A stretch of 64,000 nucleotides of DNA from Phoronis australis (Eukaryota > Animalia > Phoronida): positions 159,044 through 223,043 of the forward strand of contig NMRA01000032.1 in assembly GCA_002633005.1 (NCBI GenBank). The letters run 5' to 3'. The notes below the pieces were generated by a model. It searched no databases. It was given only the letters and a program-made list of their open reading frames with translations, and had not been told where the DNA came from. Positions within the stretch are counted from its first letter, which is position 1. Every line of letters starts with the position of its first letter. Positions 46,015 to 61,000 of this stretch are shown here, piece after piece. Made by a program: the position numbers and the translations under genes.

Positions 46015-49000
46015 GTTAGTCGCAAAACGGGGGTGTAGTGAATAGGTCGCCCTGGTTTTCAGGACTGAAGTCCTGTTTTGGAGGCAACAAAATTGCAACC
46101 AAATGTGGATTAAAAACTATTTGTCTATTGAGCAGACGTTGTCAGGTGCTATGAAAGTGAGAATTACTAGTATTTAATCTTACCAATAGAGTGTGCTTTT
46201 TGCATACTGAGAGAGTTCTTGCTATTTAGACATTACAGTGGATTATGAGGTAGATGCATCACACACTGACCTGAATTCAGAAATTCGAGGTCTCAGTATC
46301 CATGTTGTGGCTGAGAATGTGGGGTGTATTCTGTATCTCCGTTACTTTTTGATCTAGGCTTAAATGACGTGAGGAATGAAAATTTGTGGTTTGCTGTCGG
46401 GCAAATCACAATCAAGGTTCATATTCAGTGGCCACTTTTGGTGAAAAATGAAGGTTGTCAAATAACTGTAAAAGCTGGGTTATTTTAAAGTACCATCATT
46501 CCAAATTTGTAATCTAAAATATTTTTGCACAAGAACCATCAAATAAAATTTTATGGCCTAATGCATCGCAGTTGTATAAAAGGGTACGTACACTACAACT
46601 TGTGGTCACAGCCCACTTCTATCATGCATAAATACATAAGGTAGCTGGTAATTTAATAAGTTCTTGATCAAATTGAAGAAGTATCACATACTAAAGTAAG
46701 AAAAGTTATTACCATGCTGATCAAGTTTTTCTAGATGATGATACAAATGGTCTTGGCAACATGCTTAATGTGTTAGTATCGAGGCTTATTTCCACATTAA
46801 AACATCAGAATAAGGATTTTGTTTTTTTGTTTTGTTTTTTTTGAAGTCCGCTTAGAAAAACAAAGTATCTCCCTGCTTTAAAGACTAGCTCTCCACTTGG
46901 CGAACAACCGCTGCATTTTTTCTCTCCTACCACTTTTTTGTGACGTTTGGGACTGAACATATGGCTAAATATATTTCTGATGATTGGGTGGGGATATGGG
47001 TAGTAAGGGGGAGGGTGATACAGGCACTACAGTATTACAAGTGGCACTGAAGCACGGTGTGCTATGAACGGACGTGTGCAATAGTCTGTTGTTACCATTT
47101 TATGTACAATACTCCCTATAAATGTCCATCCCCAGGTTAGTCTTTTCGTTACAGAAGGGATGGGTCTACATATCAAGTTAACGAATTGTAGCCATTTCTT
47201 TACAAGTATCATAGGTTTTTAATTGCAGATTTTGAATTTTATTTCAAAACCTTTTTATCGCAATGAACGTATTTCTTGACTTGTTGCCAGCAACAATAAA
47301 TGCTAGGTAATTCTCATAATTGCATCTCTTAGTCTCAAGTGTCTGAAAATGATGCAATCAATTTATTCAATACACGCTCTCCCTGCAGAACATCAGCTGT
47401 GTGACATGGCAGTTGCATTGACCTAAGGTTCATATATTTTGTCCCCCACATGTCTGTTATACTGGCGATTTGCATTTCTGTCGCAGACTCGGTTTCAAAA
47501 ATTTCCAAACATCGATCGATTCAATTCATGCAGAGCCAAACCGTTGATAAACTTTGTTGTTATTGATTTTTGGCAGTTTGTTATTCCAGTCTGATCGGAA
47601 TGTGAGGAGCACTTGACAGGTCGTGAGATTCTAATAGACACATAGGAATCAATGACGTCCTTTGATCTTGTGACTGGGAAATGTACTAGACAGCCACCCA
47701 TGAATCAAAGACTCCCTCTTTGTAATAAATGGAAACTTTAACAAAATTTAGTGTTGTTTTATGAATCGACAGTCTGGAAACCATGCTGGTAATAGACAGA
47801 TGTTATTTTTTTCTTTTGCGGAATCATTTGGCAGAATATTGGACCATATTGTGCGACGTAATTTTGCTAAATATGGAAAGAATTACCATTAATTTATTTG
47901 TTTTGCATATATTTGCAAAACTTATCTTGTTTTCCACGGTGGTTAAATTTCATCGGCTTCTTTCATCTTCTTTATATGGCGCAGTTGTGACCTTGAAAGC
48001 ATTAACTGTGACCTTGAAAGCATTAACTGCTCGGTGTAGTTTTATTGTACCATTCATATTTCAGCTTCTGTTGTATATCAAGGAGGTAGAGTTACGTGAC
48101 CTCGGGGTAGTGAACAGTGCCCACAGAGCAAGAATGATCTCTAGTTTGAGTATACTAAGAGCCAAGATGGAAGGTAAGGGATCATGGGAGCCAAGGTTTC
48201 AATGAATTATGGGTAGGTGTAATGTATTGCGGAAAGTTAGAGTTAACTATACGAATCTATCATGAATTATGGGAAGTTTTGAAGAATTCTGGGAAGTTAC
48301 CAGGAATTATGGGAAATTAAGGTAAGTATTGGAAAGTAATCTTAATTCATGAAGAATTCTGGGAAATTATGGAAAGGTATCAAGATGAAGTAATTTTAAA
48401 AAATCTCAAAACTTATGCTGCAAAAATTTCTTGTTTATTTCTGCTTGACATAATATAGAACAGAAGTCAAGTTTCAAAAACACGTCTTCATAAGCATTAG
48501 ATGGATTTTTGTAATACTGTAACGACATTTTGAAAATATGGTGTCACTCAAGAAAGCATTGTCCCTGAATCATAAACAGTCATGGTGTAGCTGCTTGAGA
48601 GTGATCTGATATCTGCCGTATATGATTCTGTATCTTGGAAAGCAGAGGAAATCTCTTCAAATCATTGAATGTGTTCTTGTGTAATGAGGCCATGTTCTAT
48701 TTACTTTTCCAATCTTGCTTATTGTTCCAAAAACATTAACCTCATGTTCAGTTCATCCTCTCACTAGTTCCCTAGGGATAACTGATCAATTTTGTATAAC
48801 TTAGTGGAACTATTTTTATACCGGCAGTTCAATACCGGCTTAAACTCTCATGTATGTGTGCTGGTTTCTTTGAATAATAGTCATTCATCCAAATAATACA
48901 TGCTTGCCGCTTTAGACTGGTAGCTGTTCAGCAGGAATTCAGTGGTGCATTTCTATAGGACGAACAATATTCTGTTTGTTTGACTGAGTCGTTGCCTTTT

Positions 49001-52000
49001 TGCAGTTTCTTCCTTTTGACAACTTTTTGTATTCTCAAGACTAAAGTTTCAAATCTAATCTAACCTTGTTGGACATTCTACTTTGTAAATCATTTTAAAT
49101 AACAAATTACGGAGATGATTATTCAACTATTCTTTCTACAGCGTCACTGCATTTTCAGACAAATTTGTAATCTTTCCATGAACTGCTTCAACCAAAAAGA
49201 GTGCAGCAAATGAATGTTCTCATTCAAATCTAATGTTACCCAAGTCATCTGTGTTTCTCCAAGCTTGCTTCAACATGAACCGTCTGCTTTTCATGTTTGT
49301 GCTGCCCTCTTTAGGGAGGATGTGTATAATTGAAACCAGAATGATACTTGAACTGCAGGATGTACTTATCAAACATTTTATTTGGGGACCGTATCACAAG
49401 ATAACTGATGGTGAAATGAAAAGCAAAATTTGATATCAAAGTTCAGGTTATGTAAGTCCAAAACTTGGTTCCAGTGTTCACAAATTAGTGCTTTTGAGTA
49501 TATTCCTCTCTTACTGAAATTCCTTTAGACCACTCACCAGTTTTAAAAAACTTTGAAAAAATAAAACTTGGCCAAGTTGTTGCAGCAACATACATCTAAT
49601 GTATCAATCTCAACAGGATGCCACTAAAAGTGAAAACTTTGAGTACTGTTGGATATTAAATATCACTTTGGACACTTTCCCTTAGCCTTATTAATAAATT
49701 GGTTTAACTCTTTCAGGTTTCATTTTGACATCCATTTTGCTTGGGGAAATTATGCAGATTTTTAGCTGTCCACAACTGCAGTTTTTCATTTAGTGAATCA
49801 CTCTACTAAGGAACCATCTGTTGAATGTTGTGACATCTGTTTTAGTGTGCTAATTTGAAAAGGCTGTTTTAATTGCTGCAAGTTAGCTCAGTGCACTCTA
49901 GTACTGCACTGATTGTCAAACAGTCCAGAACACCATAGTCTCTTAATCCTTTGTCGTCGCTGAAGCCATTTTCTCTCGTGTTTTGCTTTCCAGGAAAGCC
50001 ACCAAGTTCCCCGCGTCATTCAGGAAGGTAAGTCTGTCATTTCACCTGTATTTTTGGAAAGTTTTTTTAAAAATCTTTGACTTCTTGAGGTTTACATTGT
50101 GTGTTTGCCATAAAGTTCTGAAGCAAAGGTATTACTACATTTTAGAGGTCTACATTATCTGGACTTCAAACTTTAGTTTCAATGTCCGAATTAATAATTT
50201 ATTTGTTTTCTCCGATGGCATTCTTAATCCTAACCAGGGGCGGATCCAGGATTTTAAGTTAGGGATGGCCAGGGCAGAGTATTATCCAGAATTTTGCCTG
50301 TCAAGATATTCGCACCCCCGATCTGGGAGAATTTTAGGGGGGATGGCCCCCTTGGCTCCCCTCTAAATCTGCCACGCTTACGTTACCCTTTGAAGGAGTT
50401 TGAATTTAAAGTTATATTGGACTGTTTTGAAGCACGATGGAGGTATCAAAATGATTGAATAATTTAGACTCTTGGTGCAGTAGATTGGACTTTCTAGTGA
50501 TGATTTAGACAGCCTTTAAAATGCAGGATGCTAGGAAACTAGCCAGTTTGCAGCCTAAGTATCTGTTGCGTGAATTCTGGCTGGAGGCTGGAATCATTAG
50601 CTGCTACCTGAGGCATTGTCATGTTACAAGTTACATTACAGTACTGTAGAGGGAGCCTTTTTCACTTTAGGATTTACACCAGGTTTGTGGTGTAATTCAG
50701 CTCAACACGTGGCTACTAATTAGCTAATTTTTTTCTGATATTGAACAGCTTTTATAGTGAGATGTTAAGTTTGGGGAATCTACAGATAAAGCACTGACTT
50801 AGTTTTAAGTTCAGGTGCGAGTTAAAAATATCAAGTTACAAATTTTCAGTGTCACGATTCCTTTTTAGGTAGTGCAGGTTCCAGCTTGTGAACTAACTCT
50901 TCTCGCAAAAATGTCTTTTACATAAATGTAGATCCCTTAGTGTTTTGAAATTGTCATTTCACTATTACACAAAACAGGGTTGACTTGATCCAGCCCAAGC
51001 CATCACTGAGCTTGTGTAATCACTTTTTTCTTAATTTGAAAAAAGGTTGAAATTTTGAAACTAAATTTCGTATCCTTGTACATGATTTTTCAAAAATATT
51101 TAAAAAGTGTTGAATTTATTATTAAAAATTCTTGTTCTTCAGTAGCATTATGATGGAACCAAGATTCTTTCTATTCTATTTTTTTAATTTCGATATTTAT
51201 AGTAAGTCCTTGTCACTATCTTGTTGCCATGGAAAATTTTGAAAACCTCATGGTCCTCAGGGATGCAGCCATTTACTGTCGGTTCTTCCCCAAATTTCAA
51301 AGTCACCTCTACAGGGAGTAAGTTGGCACTAGCTGTGTAGCCCTAACAAACAGAGTATTAGATAAAAATGTTGGCCTTTTTGACTGAGGGCATGTTTATG
51401 GCAACATTAACAGATACAATTTCAATCATGTGGCCAGTTACATAAAACAGTCCAAAATAGGGTCTCGACTAAGTTCTCAAAATCTTTTAAATATCTGAGT
51501 CAGATCTAATTATTTTGGTTATTCTATCTTTATTATGAGCTCCTTATTGACTAGTGACTTTTTCTAACCATATAACTAAAAACCGAGCCTTTAGTTGATT
51601 GAAAATAAATAAATATGGCCTTTATATAAGAGGCATTGTATGAAAAGATTCCTACTTATTTTCAGTAATTGGGAATTCAACTTAGAGTTCAATTTCGAGT
51701 TGTATCAGACAAAAACTGAAACTAAAACGGCATAAGAAAGGAAAGCCATTTTTTCACAAGTTCACTTATAAACAGGAGATTTGGGGGAACTGAGATGAAT
51801 TCCTACTTGGAACTGTTTTATGCAATAGGGCACAGAAATGAGTTCTTGCTAGTTTGAGTGTAAGCGTTGTCATGACAACCCTTCACACCTTAGTAAGCAG
51901 TGCTTTCTCTACATGCATTCATGCATGGTGTTGCGGCTTTATTGGAAATCTTGAGCCATGTTTGAAAAGTCCAGTGCCATATTCAAAGTTTAACTCTTTT

Positions 52001-55000
52001 AAGCCATTTTTGAAAACCCAGAATTACATGAAAAAGTGTTGCGTAGAATTGCTTATTTTTATTTATTTTGCACTTTCAAGTGACGTGCCCAGAAAGTGAA
52101 AATAACGTGAAACCAGTTGTTCTTTTTCTGAAGTATAAGAAAGGAAATTAGGATACAAAAACATGATATAGAATTTGCAACATGGTAGATTATTTGCTCT
52201 GGAGAAACCCTGGTGAGGTATACAGTAACTTATTGGTGGGTGTCTTGCCTCCGTACAAGGCAGATTTGCTGTAGTGTGGTACTTGGTCATCAGGATAATT
52301 TTAATTGTGGAGAGCAGGGCGTGGACACTCAACTTATTGAGTGGTAGAGGCGAGATATCCTGGAGCAAGATTTTCTTTGGTAACTGGTTAAGTGTTCACT
52401 TGACTGTAGTTATAGGGGGTTGGGGCTTTGTCCCAATGGGTTGTTTTACTAACCAAGGATTGCATTACATTGGCGTTAATAGACAGATGTGCCTGTCAGG
52501 CCAGTGTGTAGTATGCAATGCTCTCCACAACAGAAAATTTAAACTTGACAGGAATTACAAAATCCATGTCGGTGTTCATGAGCCGATGTTCATTTACTGA
52601 GGAGCTTGTGTGTTAAGTCTTGGAATAAACGCACTGACCTGGCTCTAAACAATCAAAAATGTCCTAATTTGCTTAAGAATGACTGATCTACCAATACTGC
52701 AAACTCGTTGCATAGGATTTCAAACTCGACGCTTAGTAGCCCTAACTAGTCACAACAAATTTCAGACTCTACGCAGTGACGGGTCAAAACCAGTTGTGAA
52801 AAATATTTGTTAATAGTGACAGGCTCGCTTGTGAACTTAAGGTAAAATGTGTGTAGAGTAGTTTCCTAAAAACGTGATGAATTTTGTCAGCGTTGGAAGT
52901 TGTGGGGTAAACATATAAGGGAACCAGATGAAATGAAATTATGCAATCATTTTAAATAAGTAAAAAAATTCAGATTTTCGATGAGAAGAATTTTGGACAT
53001 ATTGTTTGATTCAAAAATTATAGTGTGATTTTTCTTCCCCATTTCGCGCGCGGTATGAATGACAATTGAAATTTCTTTTTTCTAAATTTTAGAAATTCAT
53101 CCTCCACCATTACCATAGCTATTCCTGCCGCAGATTTCATAAACAGCATTATGATAGTTTTCCTGTGCATAACCTGTTTAATCTCTGGTGCATTAAAGGC
53201 TGCCATGACAACCACAGTCCCCCATACATGGTGCCTTACTGACTGTTGCTGTAATATTGGTCTGTTCCTAATTTCCTCTGCTGGTATGTTGTTCCAGTTA
53301 CAACTGACATGTTTCCTGTCATGCTGACAAGTGCTGAGTTTGTGACTCATCCCATCCAGAAAGGGCAATTTCTGTTATTGAGTAGCCACAAAAATCACTG
53401 TCAGACCTTGATTACAGTAGTCTAGGGGGACAGCATTTTGTTGAACCTGCCAAATCAGATGTAGATACGTGCTATCTAATGGAAGGTTGCAGCAGTTAAA
53501 TACTCTTCTTCAATTTTGATTAGGTATGCCAAAACTAATCTGGCAACATTCTTTGTTTCCTCAGCATGGCAGGGTACCTTTTGTGTTGAAACCTGTTATA
53601 TTGGCTAATGACCTTCACATGAACTGTTATGGTCATTTGCATTCTGCTGTCAACAACAGCATTATTTGAATCTGAAATTGACAACACATGCTGTTTTATT
53701 ATTTATTCATGGAATGGTTTCAGCCAACCAATATTTTTTGCTTTGACGGTGCTAAGCATTTTTCATGGTTGTGGCCAATTGAGAGAAAACAGAATAGCCT
53801 AATTAAAGGTTTATCCGACGGAACGACCTTACATCCGCTGCTTTTGTAAACTCTCCTCAGAAATGTGTTATTTCACAAGTAAAGCCGGCGCGGTCTTCCA
53901 TTCTAGGATTTTTAATAGTAATTATTAATAAACCTTCAGGACTCATCATATCTCATAATTCCAGCTAGTCTGATAGTTACTACACGCGGCTGTCGTGACA
54001 CAGATTTCCATTTGCAATCAGTCCTTGTAGTAGAGAAATTGACGGTTCTTTTTCTATGTTGTCGTCAAGGAATGGGATGCATTTTTCGCGCGTTTCTTTT
54101 GTCAGCTACAGCCGGGGCAAAAAATAGAGGGTCAATAATCCTTGATGTACATCACCTATTGTTATAAAATTGCTCTAAAATCTTGTTGGATCCTCATTCA
54201 TGTTAGACATGATTTCTCAGTTTGAGAAGAGCTGATAATTCGAACCACTGCTTTGGACCAAGTTGCCTGTCATGGTGGTTATCTTCACAAATTCAGTCCG
54301 ATGGTGTTGCTTTGAGTGAGCCCGACTTTAAAGAAAGTTGATGCTTTTAACACCAGAACACTAAATGGTTGATTGCCTCAATTTTGATGCTGAATATTGC
54401 CTTCATTGCCCTGTGAAAAATATTTCAAACTCACGTGAAATTCCCCTCAAATAATTAAAAAATTCTCTTCCAGTTCAGAATCACATAATCATGTATACCT
54501 TTTTGCACAGTCAAACTGGTGGTGACTGTCTTTGGAGATTTCCCCTCATCAGAAGAAATTCCCTCTCAGAAGGGACAGGTACCTTTCTTTTCTGGTTAGG
54601 GATCGAGGGCTCTCACTGCGGTTTTATAGCGATGAAAATATAAGATTATTATGTAAAGACTAAACATCTCTTGGAACATAACGTGATGTAGAATTGTCGT
54701 GAGAACTTGACAGGGACCTCAGGGGGTCTCCACATTATTTTGAAAACGCTTTGCCCAATCACACATTGGGTGTCATAAAAGAGATAAGCATACCTGCAGC
54801 TGACATAGCAAGCAGAACTACTCTCGTTTGTCACATTGGTGTAGACTCACAGTTGAACTGTGGGTTTCTGTTGACCCCAGATCATCCGGAGTTGCACCAT
54901 GTACCAACCCCGGACGGTCTCTCGCGACGATTTAGCGTTATGAGGTAGGCAATAAAAAGGGGGCTGCACAGAAGTATGAGAAGATGTCAAAAGTAATGAG

Positions 55001-58000
55001 AGGTAGTGGGTGGGTAAAATTGAAAAATATTGGGACAGCTCTGTCTGTGTCTTTTACACAAGGAAATTGAACCGAGATGTGAATTTACAAAATAAAAAAG
55101 AAAATTTATGTGACATCATCAGCCTTTGAGAACTGTGAGCTGACCATCATAAAGCACATTGATAACATAGACCAACCAGTACAAGGCTGGGAATAATCTT
55201 ACATAGCACTGCACAAATGATTATTAGTGGACCCGTCCGAGATGGGCAAAAAGGGGTGAAAGGGAGGACGGGTCCATGTGCTCGTATAAATATTTTCAGT
55301 ACACAAGGCCGGATACTCAAAGTACTAAGTTACAAACAGCTAATGTTGTCCGTACTGCTGTTGTGTTCCCAATTCTGTCTTGTCCCATGTTGAGACTTAT
55401 AATCCTAAGCTCATGCATACTTTTCATTCCAGCTTCAGTCCATCACCCCCTACCTTGGCCAGTCATCCGGATTATTCATTTGCCAACGTCAGCCAAGAAC
55501 AACTCAAGGCTGACTTGGAGAAGGAGCTTAGGATGGACTCAAATGACATTCGCAGCCACGCATGGTTCCACGGTGCCATCTCACGGCAACTGGCCGAGAC
55601 ATATGTCAAAAACGAGGGTGACTTCTTGGTGAGAGAGTCGACGTCTCAACCCGGTGATTTTGTTCTCACATGTTTCTCGAAGGGCGTACCCCTGCATTTT
55701 GTCATCAACAAAACGGTACACCAGACTGTCAAGTATTCATCTCTGCTTTATCAGTTTGAAGCTGATTCCTTCAACACCATTCCTGACCTCATTCGGTTCT
55801 ATGTAGGCAACCGTCAGCCAGTCACAGCTGCGTCACGTTGTGTCATTGCCAGCCCCATCAATCGGACCATTCCCCTCAGTTATTATGGGGGCAAAAACAA
55901 GTCGCCTCCATCCAGTGATGGTCGTCGGAGGTCGGGCATATACATGCCTGTTCATAGCCAGAAACGAGGAAGCCCTCAAGCGAGTCCGCAATTGGACAGG
56001 AAGTTGGTTCACAGGCGAGGAGGCAGCCAGCCAATCCTGAGTCAAGATGGCAGTGTTATGCTCCATGGTAAGTATCACTCTGGACACAGGAAACAAAATG
56101 TCTGAAATGAGCAGTGTAACCAGTGACCTTGTTTTTGCTTGATTCTTATAAAAATTACTACCGTCATTATGGTGTTAGAAAGAGTTGTATTCTGGCAGTT
56201 GTCTTGGTAGTATCATTCTTTTTTAGCACTGCCCAGAAATTGCTTTCGTATTTATCTCAGTCAGTCACTGCCTTGCATACACTCACAAGTAAGACCGAGC
56301 TCAGAGGAGCATGCAGGAGACACATTATTCTGCCAGTAAAGCCAGGATTTGAATCTGCAGGGTCTCCCAAACCGGAGCCCTGAGCTCAAACCACTGAGCC
56401 ATATGGTCTCCTGTTAGTATTTTTAATGTCCATTTTCGGCTGACAGAAAGTTTCATGAAACAAGATTCATCCATATTTTATGGTGAATAGGTTAGAATTA
56501 CTGTAAACTAAATCAAAGCTTTGAAATATTGAATTACTTTGCACTATTTTGCTGGAGGGCTCTCTGTGGCGCTTGGCTTTCATAAAATTGCAGGAATTCT
56601 ACAATTTTGCGTCACAGATTTAAAGAGTTATGAACATTTAGATTGCTGACAATGGTCACACTGACATTTCCATTATATATGCGTAGTGCCTGGGGTAGTC
56701 CACCCATGTTTTCCATCATTGGTTATTTTCAAACAACGATAATCGTGGTTTTGAAATATGTTCTGGTAGAAACTGTGACACAAATAATTAAATTAAAAAA
56801 TACAAACATCAATTCTGTTACTGAGAAATGAAGCAATTTTGCATTCTGGCATAAAAACATAAGTGACAATCTGCAATAGCTGTCGTTTCGCCTTATTGCG
56901 ATATTTTCTTTTGCTTCCGCATATCTGACTTAAACTTGGTGGTAAATTTACTTAAAGTTCGGCTTATCTGTGAGTGAGGAAGTGGGTTCATTGATAGCAT
57001 CTCTGATTTAAATTAAATCAACATCAAGTACATGTAATGTGCTGCTGGAGTGAATAATGAAGAACTGCCTGTAGTTGGTAGTGTGTAGTAATACTGTGTT
57101 AAGTTGCAACACAGCTGGAGTAAGTAACACAGAATAGCTGATCGGAGCACTTTGTGTGTGTAAAACCAAGTTAACATGGCGGCGGCCATTTTTGACACTG
57201 GTTTGAAGGGTAGAGCGAGTTGCACTCGATCAGTTGCTCCAGTTTCAACTGCACGTCTAAACACAACTGGGGCAGGGCGAAAAGGAATCATCTTTCAATG
57301 CGATTGCAAAATAGTGTAAATACGGGTGATCTGCTGACATTCCGCATGGTTTGGACATTCGCTATTGTTTATGCGAGCATGCTCAACCAGTCTTCATGTA
57401 AGTGACTCATGAGTAACATCTAATTAAATGATTTTTCCATGTTTTTGTTCCACTGTTGCCATCAGACAAAGTTTTGAAAAATTGCAGGCATTTACAACAG
57501 TGTTAGAAGCCATACTGAAATTGAATAAACAGAGTTTTTGGCAATTATTTTTGTCCGAATTATCATGTGGTCCCAAGTGTTTCTTTCCTACTTTCTATAT
57601 AAACACAGGAATCTTGAAATAGACTGATTAAGTTTTGAACTGCACTGGACTTTTGCTTTGCCGTGTTGACAAATGGTTTCTATCGTAGTTGTAAAAGTGA
57701 ATGGAGGAGTCATACATTCGAAGCAATGCAAGCGTTATGTCACCTTTATTCCTACTTTTGCTGTGGATGTGAATGTCTGTCGATGGAGATTCATTTTGTC
57801 CCTTGGTTTGCACGTAGTATAACAGTAAAGGAAACAGATCCATCTCTCAAACGTGAGCTTTTACTTTTATATTTCCTGCCATTAAGTCTGGACAGGATGA
57901 ACTCGCTGTTTTCTCTGCAGATGGCAGCAGTCTGGGCCACCACGGAAGCCTGCCCTCTATTGACAAAGTGGGTCAACAAAGACCGTCCGCCATTGACAAC

Positions 58001-61000
58001 AAAATGGCAGCTCATCTCCAGCTGAGAACAGGTGATTTTCAACAACTGTAGTGTAAAAGGCATTATAAGTAGGATCCAGTGGTACCAAGACTATATGAAG
58101 GAAGCAAAATTTTACTTATCTGAAAGTCTGAGTGAATGATCGGTCATACGGCTTATAACTATGTTCAAATTATTGAATGAAAATTGGATTTATGCACAAA
58201 TCTTTTTTAAGTTTTACCGTAATTGTCTTATATGGCGTGCCCGCATTTTGTGACTCAGTTTTCTTCACCGAATAGCGGGCATCAACTGGTTCTCAAAATG
58301 CGGGTATGTTATATCAGACTGTTGCCAATTTTATTGTATTCAAAAAGTAACCGCCCTACCTACAGTGCTGTGAAGATGTTGCTTGCCAACAGTTCTAATA
58401 TTTGCAATCTTTAAATAGGATTAAGCAAAAACATGGGTCTAAGGGCAAACTGAAAAAAATTTGGACTTTCAATGAGAAGTGGGAAAACAGCCTGAAGGGA
58501 ATGGAGTCATTGTAAGGTGTGACAATATGTAAGTTGTATTTTGCTGAATGTCACAGACTGTGTTTTTAATGATTGTTCTCTAGAGATTTCTCAAATAGGG
58601 CCCAATTAGTCCAGCACTGAGTATTGCAATGCACATTATGTCATAGTATTTATTAGTTATACACTTGTAGCGGTCAAGTTGCCATTTTAATTTGCATTTG
58701 CATTAATGCATTTCCAGGCAGCGATCCTGTCCTTACATCTGAGGGGACGCCACAGGCAGGGGATTTCAAATGCAAACCTCCTGATAGAAAAGTTAACAAA
58801 GACTCCTCTGTTGGCCCTCCAAAACCAAGCAGAGTGCCATCTATTGTTCACCGCCAAAGGCCGAACATTCAAATTCGTAACAAGGCATTGTATGATGACA
58901 ACGATCAAGGAGATTATTCAGATTACGATCAAGTGAAGACTGCGCCGAAGGCTCGCGAGTATTACCGTGATGATATTATATACGATACCTCGCCAGCTGC
59001 AATACATAATGTTGCTAAGGCAACCAAACCGGGTGTTGTGAATCGCAGTAGCTTCACTGAGGGCGTGTACGATAATAATTTCAACACTATGTTCACTCTA
59101 GGTGACGCTGACGATTACGACACGCCTCAGTCCAACAAGCCTGTTGTTGCTATGAGAAAGTGTCAATCAAGTGATAACATTCTGCGTCGCGAAGATAGTG
59201 GGTATGGAACAATCAGGCCCGCTCCAGCAGATGAATTTGACGAACAGGAGTATATTGTAAAATCCCGCAGACGAACAATGAGCATACCTGCTATGCCCTC
59301 TATAGGAGATGGCCCGTCACATTTTGATATTGATGCATTCTCTTCAGAAATTTTGCCTCCAGAAAACAAGCCACTTGAGACTACAGTCATGATTACAGTG
59401 AAGTGTATTTTACTGGAGATGGCGCCGAGTTTGCTGGCGAAGTGCATCACCAAACTTGACCTCGAACTCTTGAAGATTGTAGGTGAACATGACCTGGGGG
59501 TAGAGGTCACATCAGGTCTTGAACTCATTACATTACCACAGGGTGAACAGCTGAGGAAAGACATGCTGGAGAGGTAAATGTTCAGAATATTACTTGGTTG
59601 ACTATCAAGTAAAAATGCCTTAAATAGCATCCAAATTTCACTGCATTCTTTGGGGAAATTATTATTAATAACCAGTGGTGTGAACTAGTCAAGTCATCTC
59701 GCGTTGCACAGTGCGGTTACACATCCCTATCAATCAAGGCAGTTGTTATTAAGAAAAGTGACCTTTATGGCGCCTTGCCAGATTGTTTTTCACTATTTCT
59801 TTAAGAAGCAGTCACTGGCTTCTCATTAATCTGTCAGATGTTCTTTAAAGTCAGCGCATACGTAAGGAAAGACATTTATTAGATGACGTTTTGGTTTATT
59901 ATCACTAAACCATTCTCAAGACAAATATTCTTCATAATACCCCAGTCAAGTAAACACATGAGAACAGTCTGCCCAGGAGAGAGAGACGGACTATGCATTT
60001 TGATGTGTGCATGATGTGCAGACTGTTCTTATGTGTTACTTGACTGGAGTATTGTGACGAAGTTTGTGGTTGCCACAGTTATTTTAACTGACACTTGTCA
60101 TTGTACGCTTGATATCCATTTTGTTGCAGATACAACTGTCTCAAGATGTTTGTGGTCACCTCCTTATTGACATGTAACAAAGTTCAAGATAGGTCTCGCT
60201 TGCTACAACAGTGGATAGAGGTCGCCACTGAGATGAGGAGCAGTCTGGGTAATCTGTTTGCCTTTGCCACCATCATGGATGCATTAGGCTCGTCTCAGGT
60301 TGGTCTGCCAGTATAGCAAACCTATATGTTGGAAAGTACAAGTGAATTACACTGTCATGTATTGTTGTGTTACAGTAACTGTTAAAAATGTGTTCAACTG
60401 TGACATGTCTCTTACAAAAATAATTAATTGCTAAAATTATCACTTTTTCATTTTTCTATGTGAACAAATGAATATGTTTTGTGATACCTAACCAGTGCAA
60501 ACTAAGCTGCTCATTGACTATAATGTTAATCTTTAGTTTTATTGCAAGAAACTAGGCAAAGAACTATAACTGTAATAGCCAAAGTCCATCATTTTTGTTC
60601 CTTCCCAGACTGTGGTAGGGGATTTCTAATGAGTCATGAACTTCCACAAGTTCACCATTGTATTCTTCTGGAGACTTTTCCACAATGTTGTGTGCAAATC
60701 TTTGTAAATCAATTTACATGGCATACAGTGTTCAAGGCTGTTTTTTTGTCATTAGGCCTTTCTTTAAAGTCTAAAAAGATGTTATGGCTGCATCAGTGGA
60801 TGCATTTTTGTAAGAAATGGTGTGGAAATTTTTTATTTTCTTGGTTTCATAGCCATTTTTTGATTATTTTCCCACTTTTGCCAATTGGTAAATGTACTTC
60901 TGGGTTTGCCTTGTTCTTATAATCTACATGTTGTGTCCGTCTGTGATCTAGTGCAGTCATGATTTCAACCTGTGTATCACTATACATATGCATGTGTATT

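Noticed and set aside
56340-56411. tRNA-like A and B boxes
   Set aside because: No full cloverleaf or acceptor stem; treated as a SINE head.
59163-59630. 155-aa minus-strand ORF
   Set aside because: Antisense shadow of the BCAR3-like exon.
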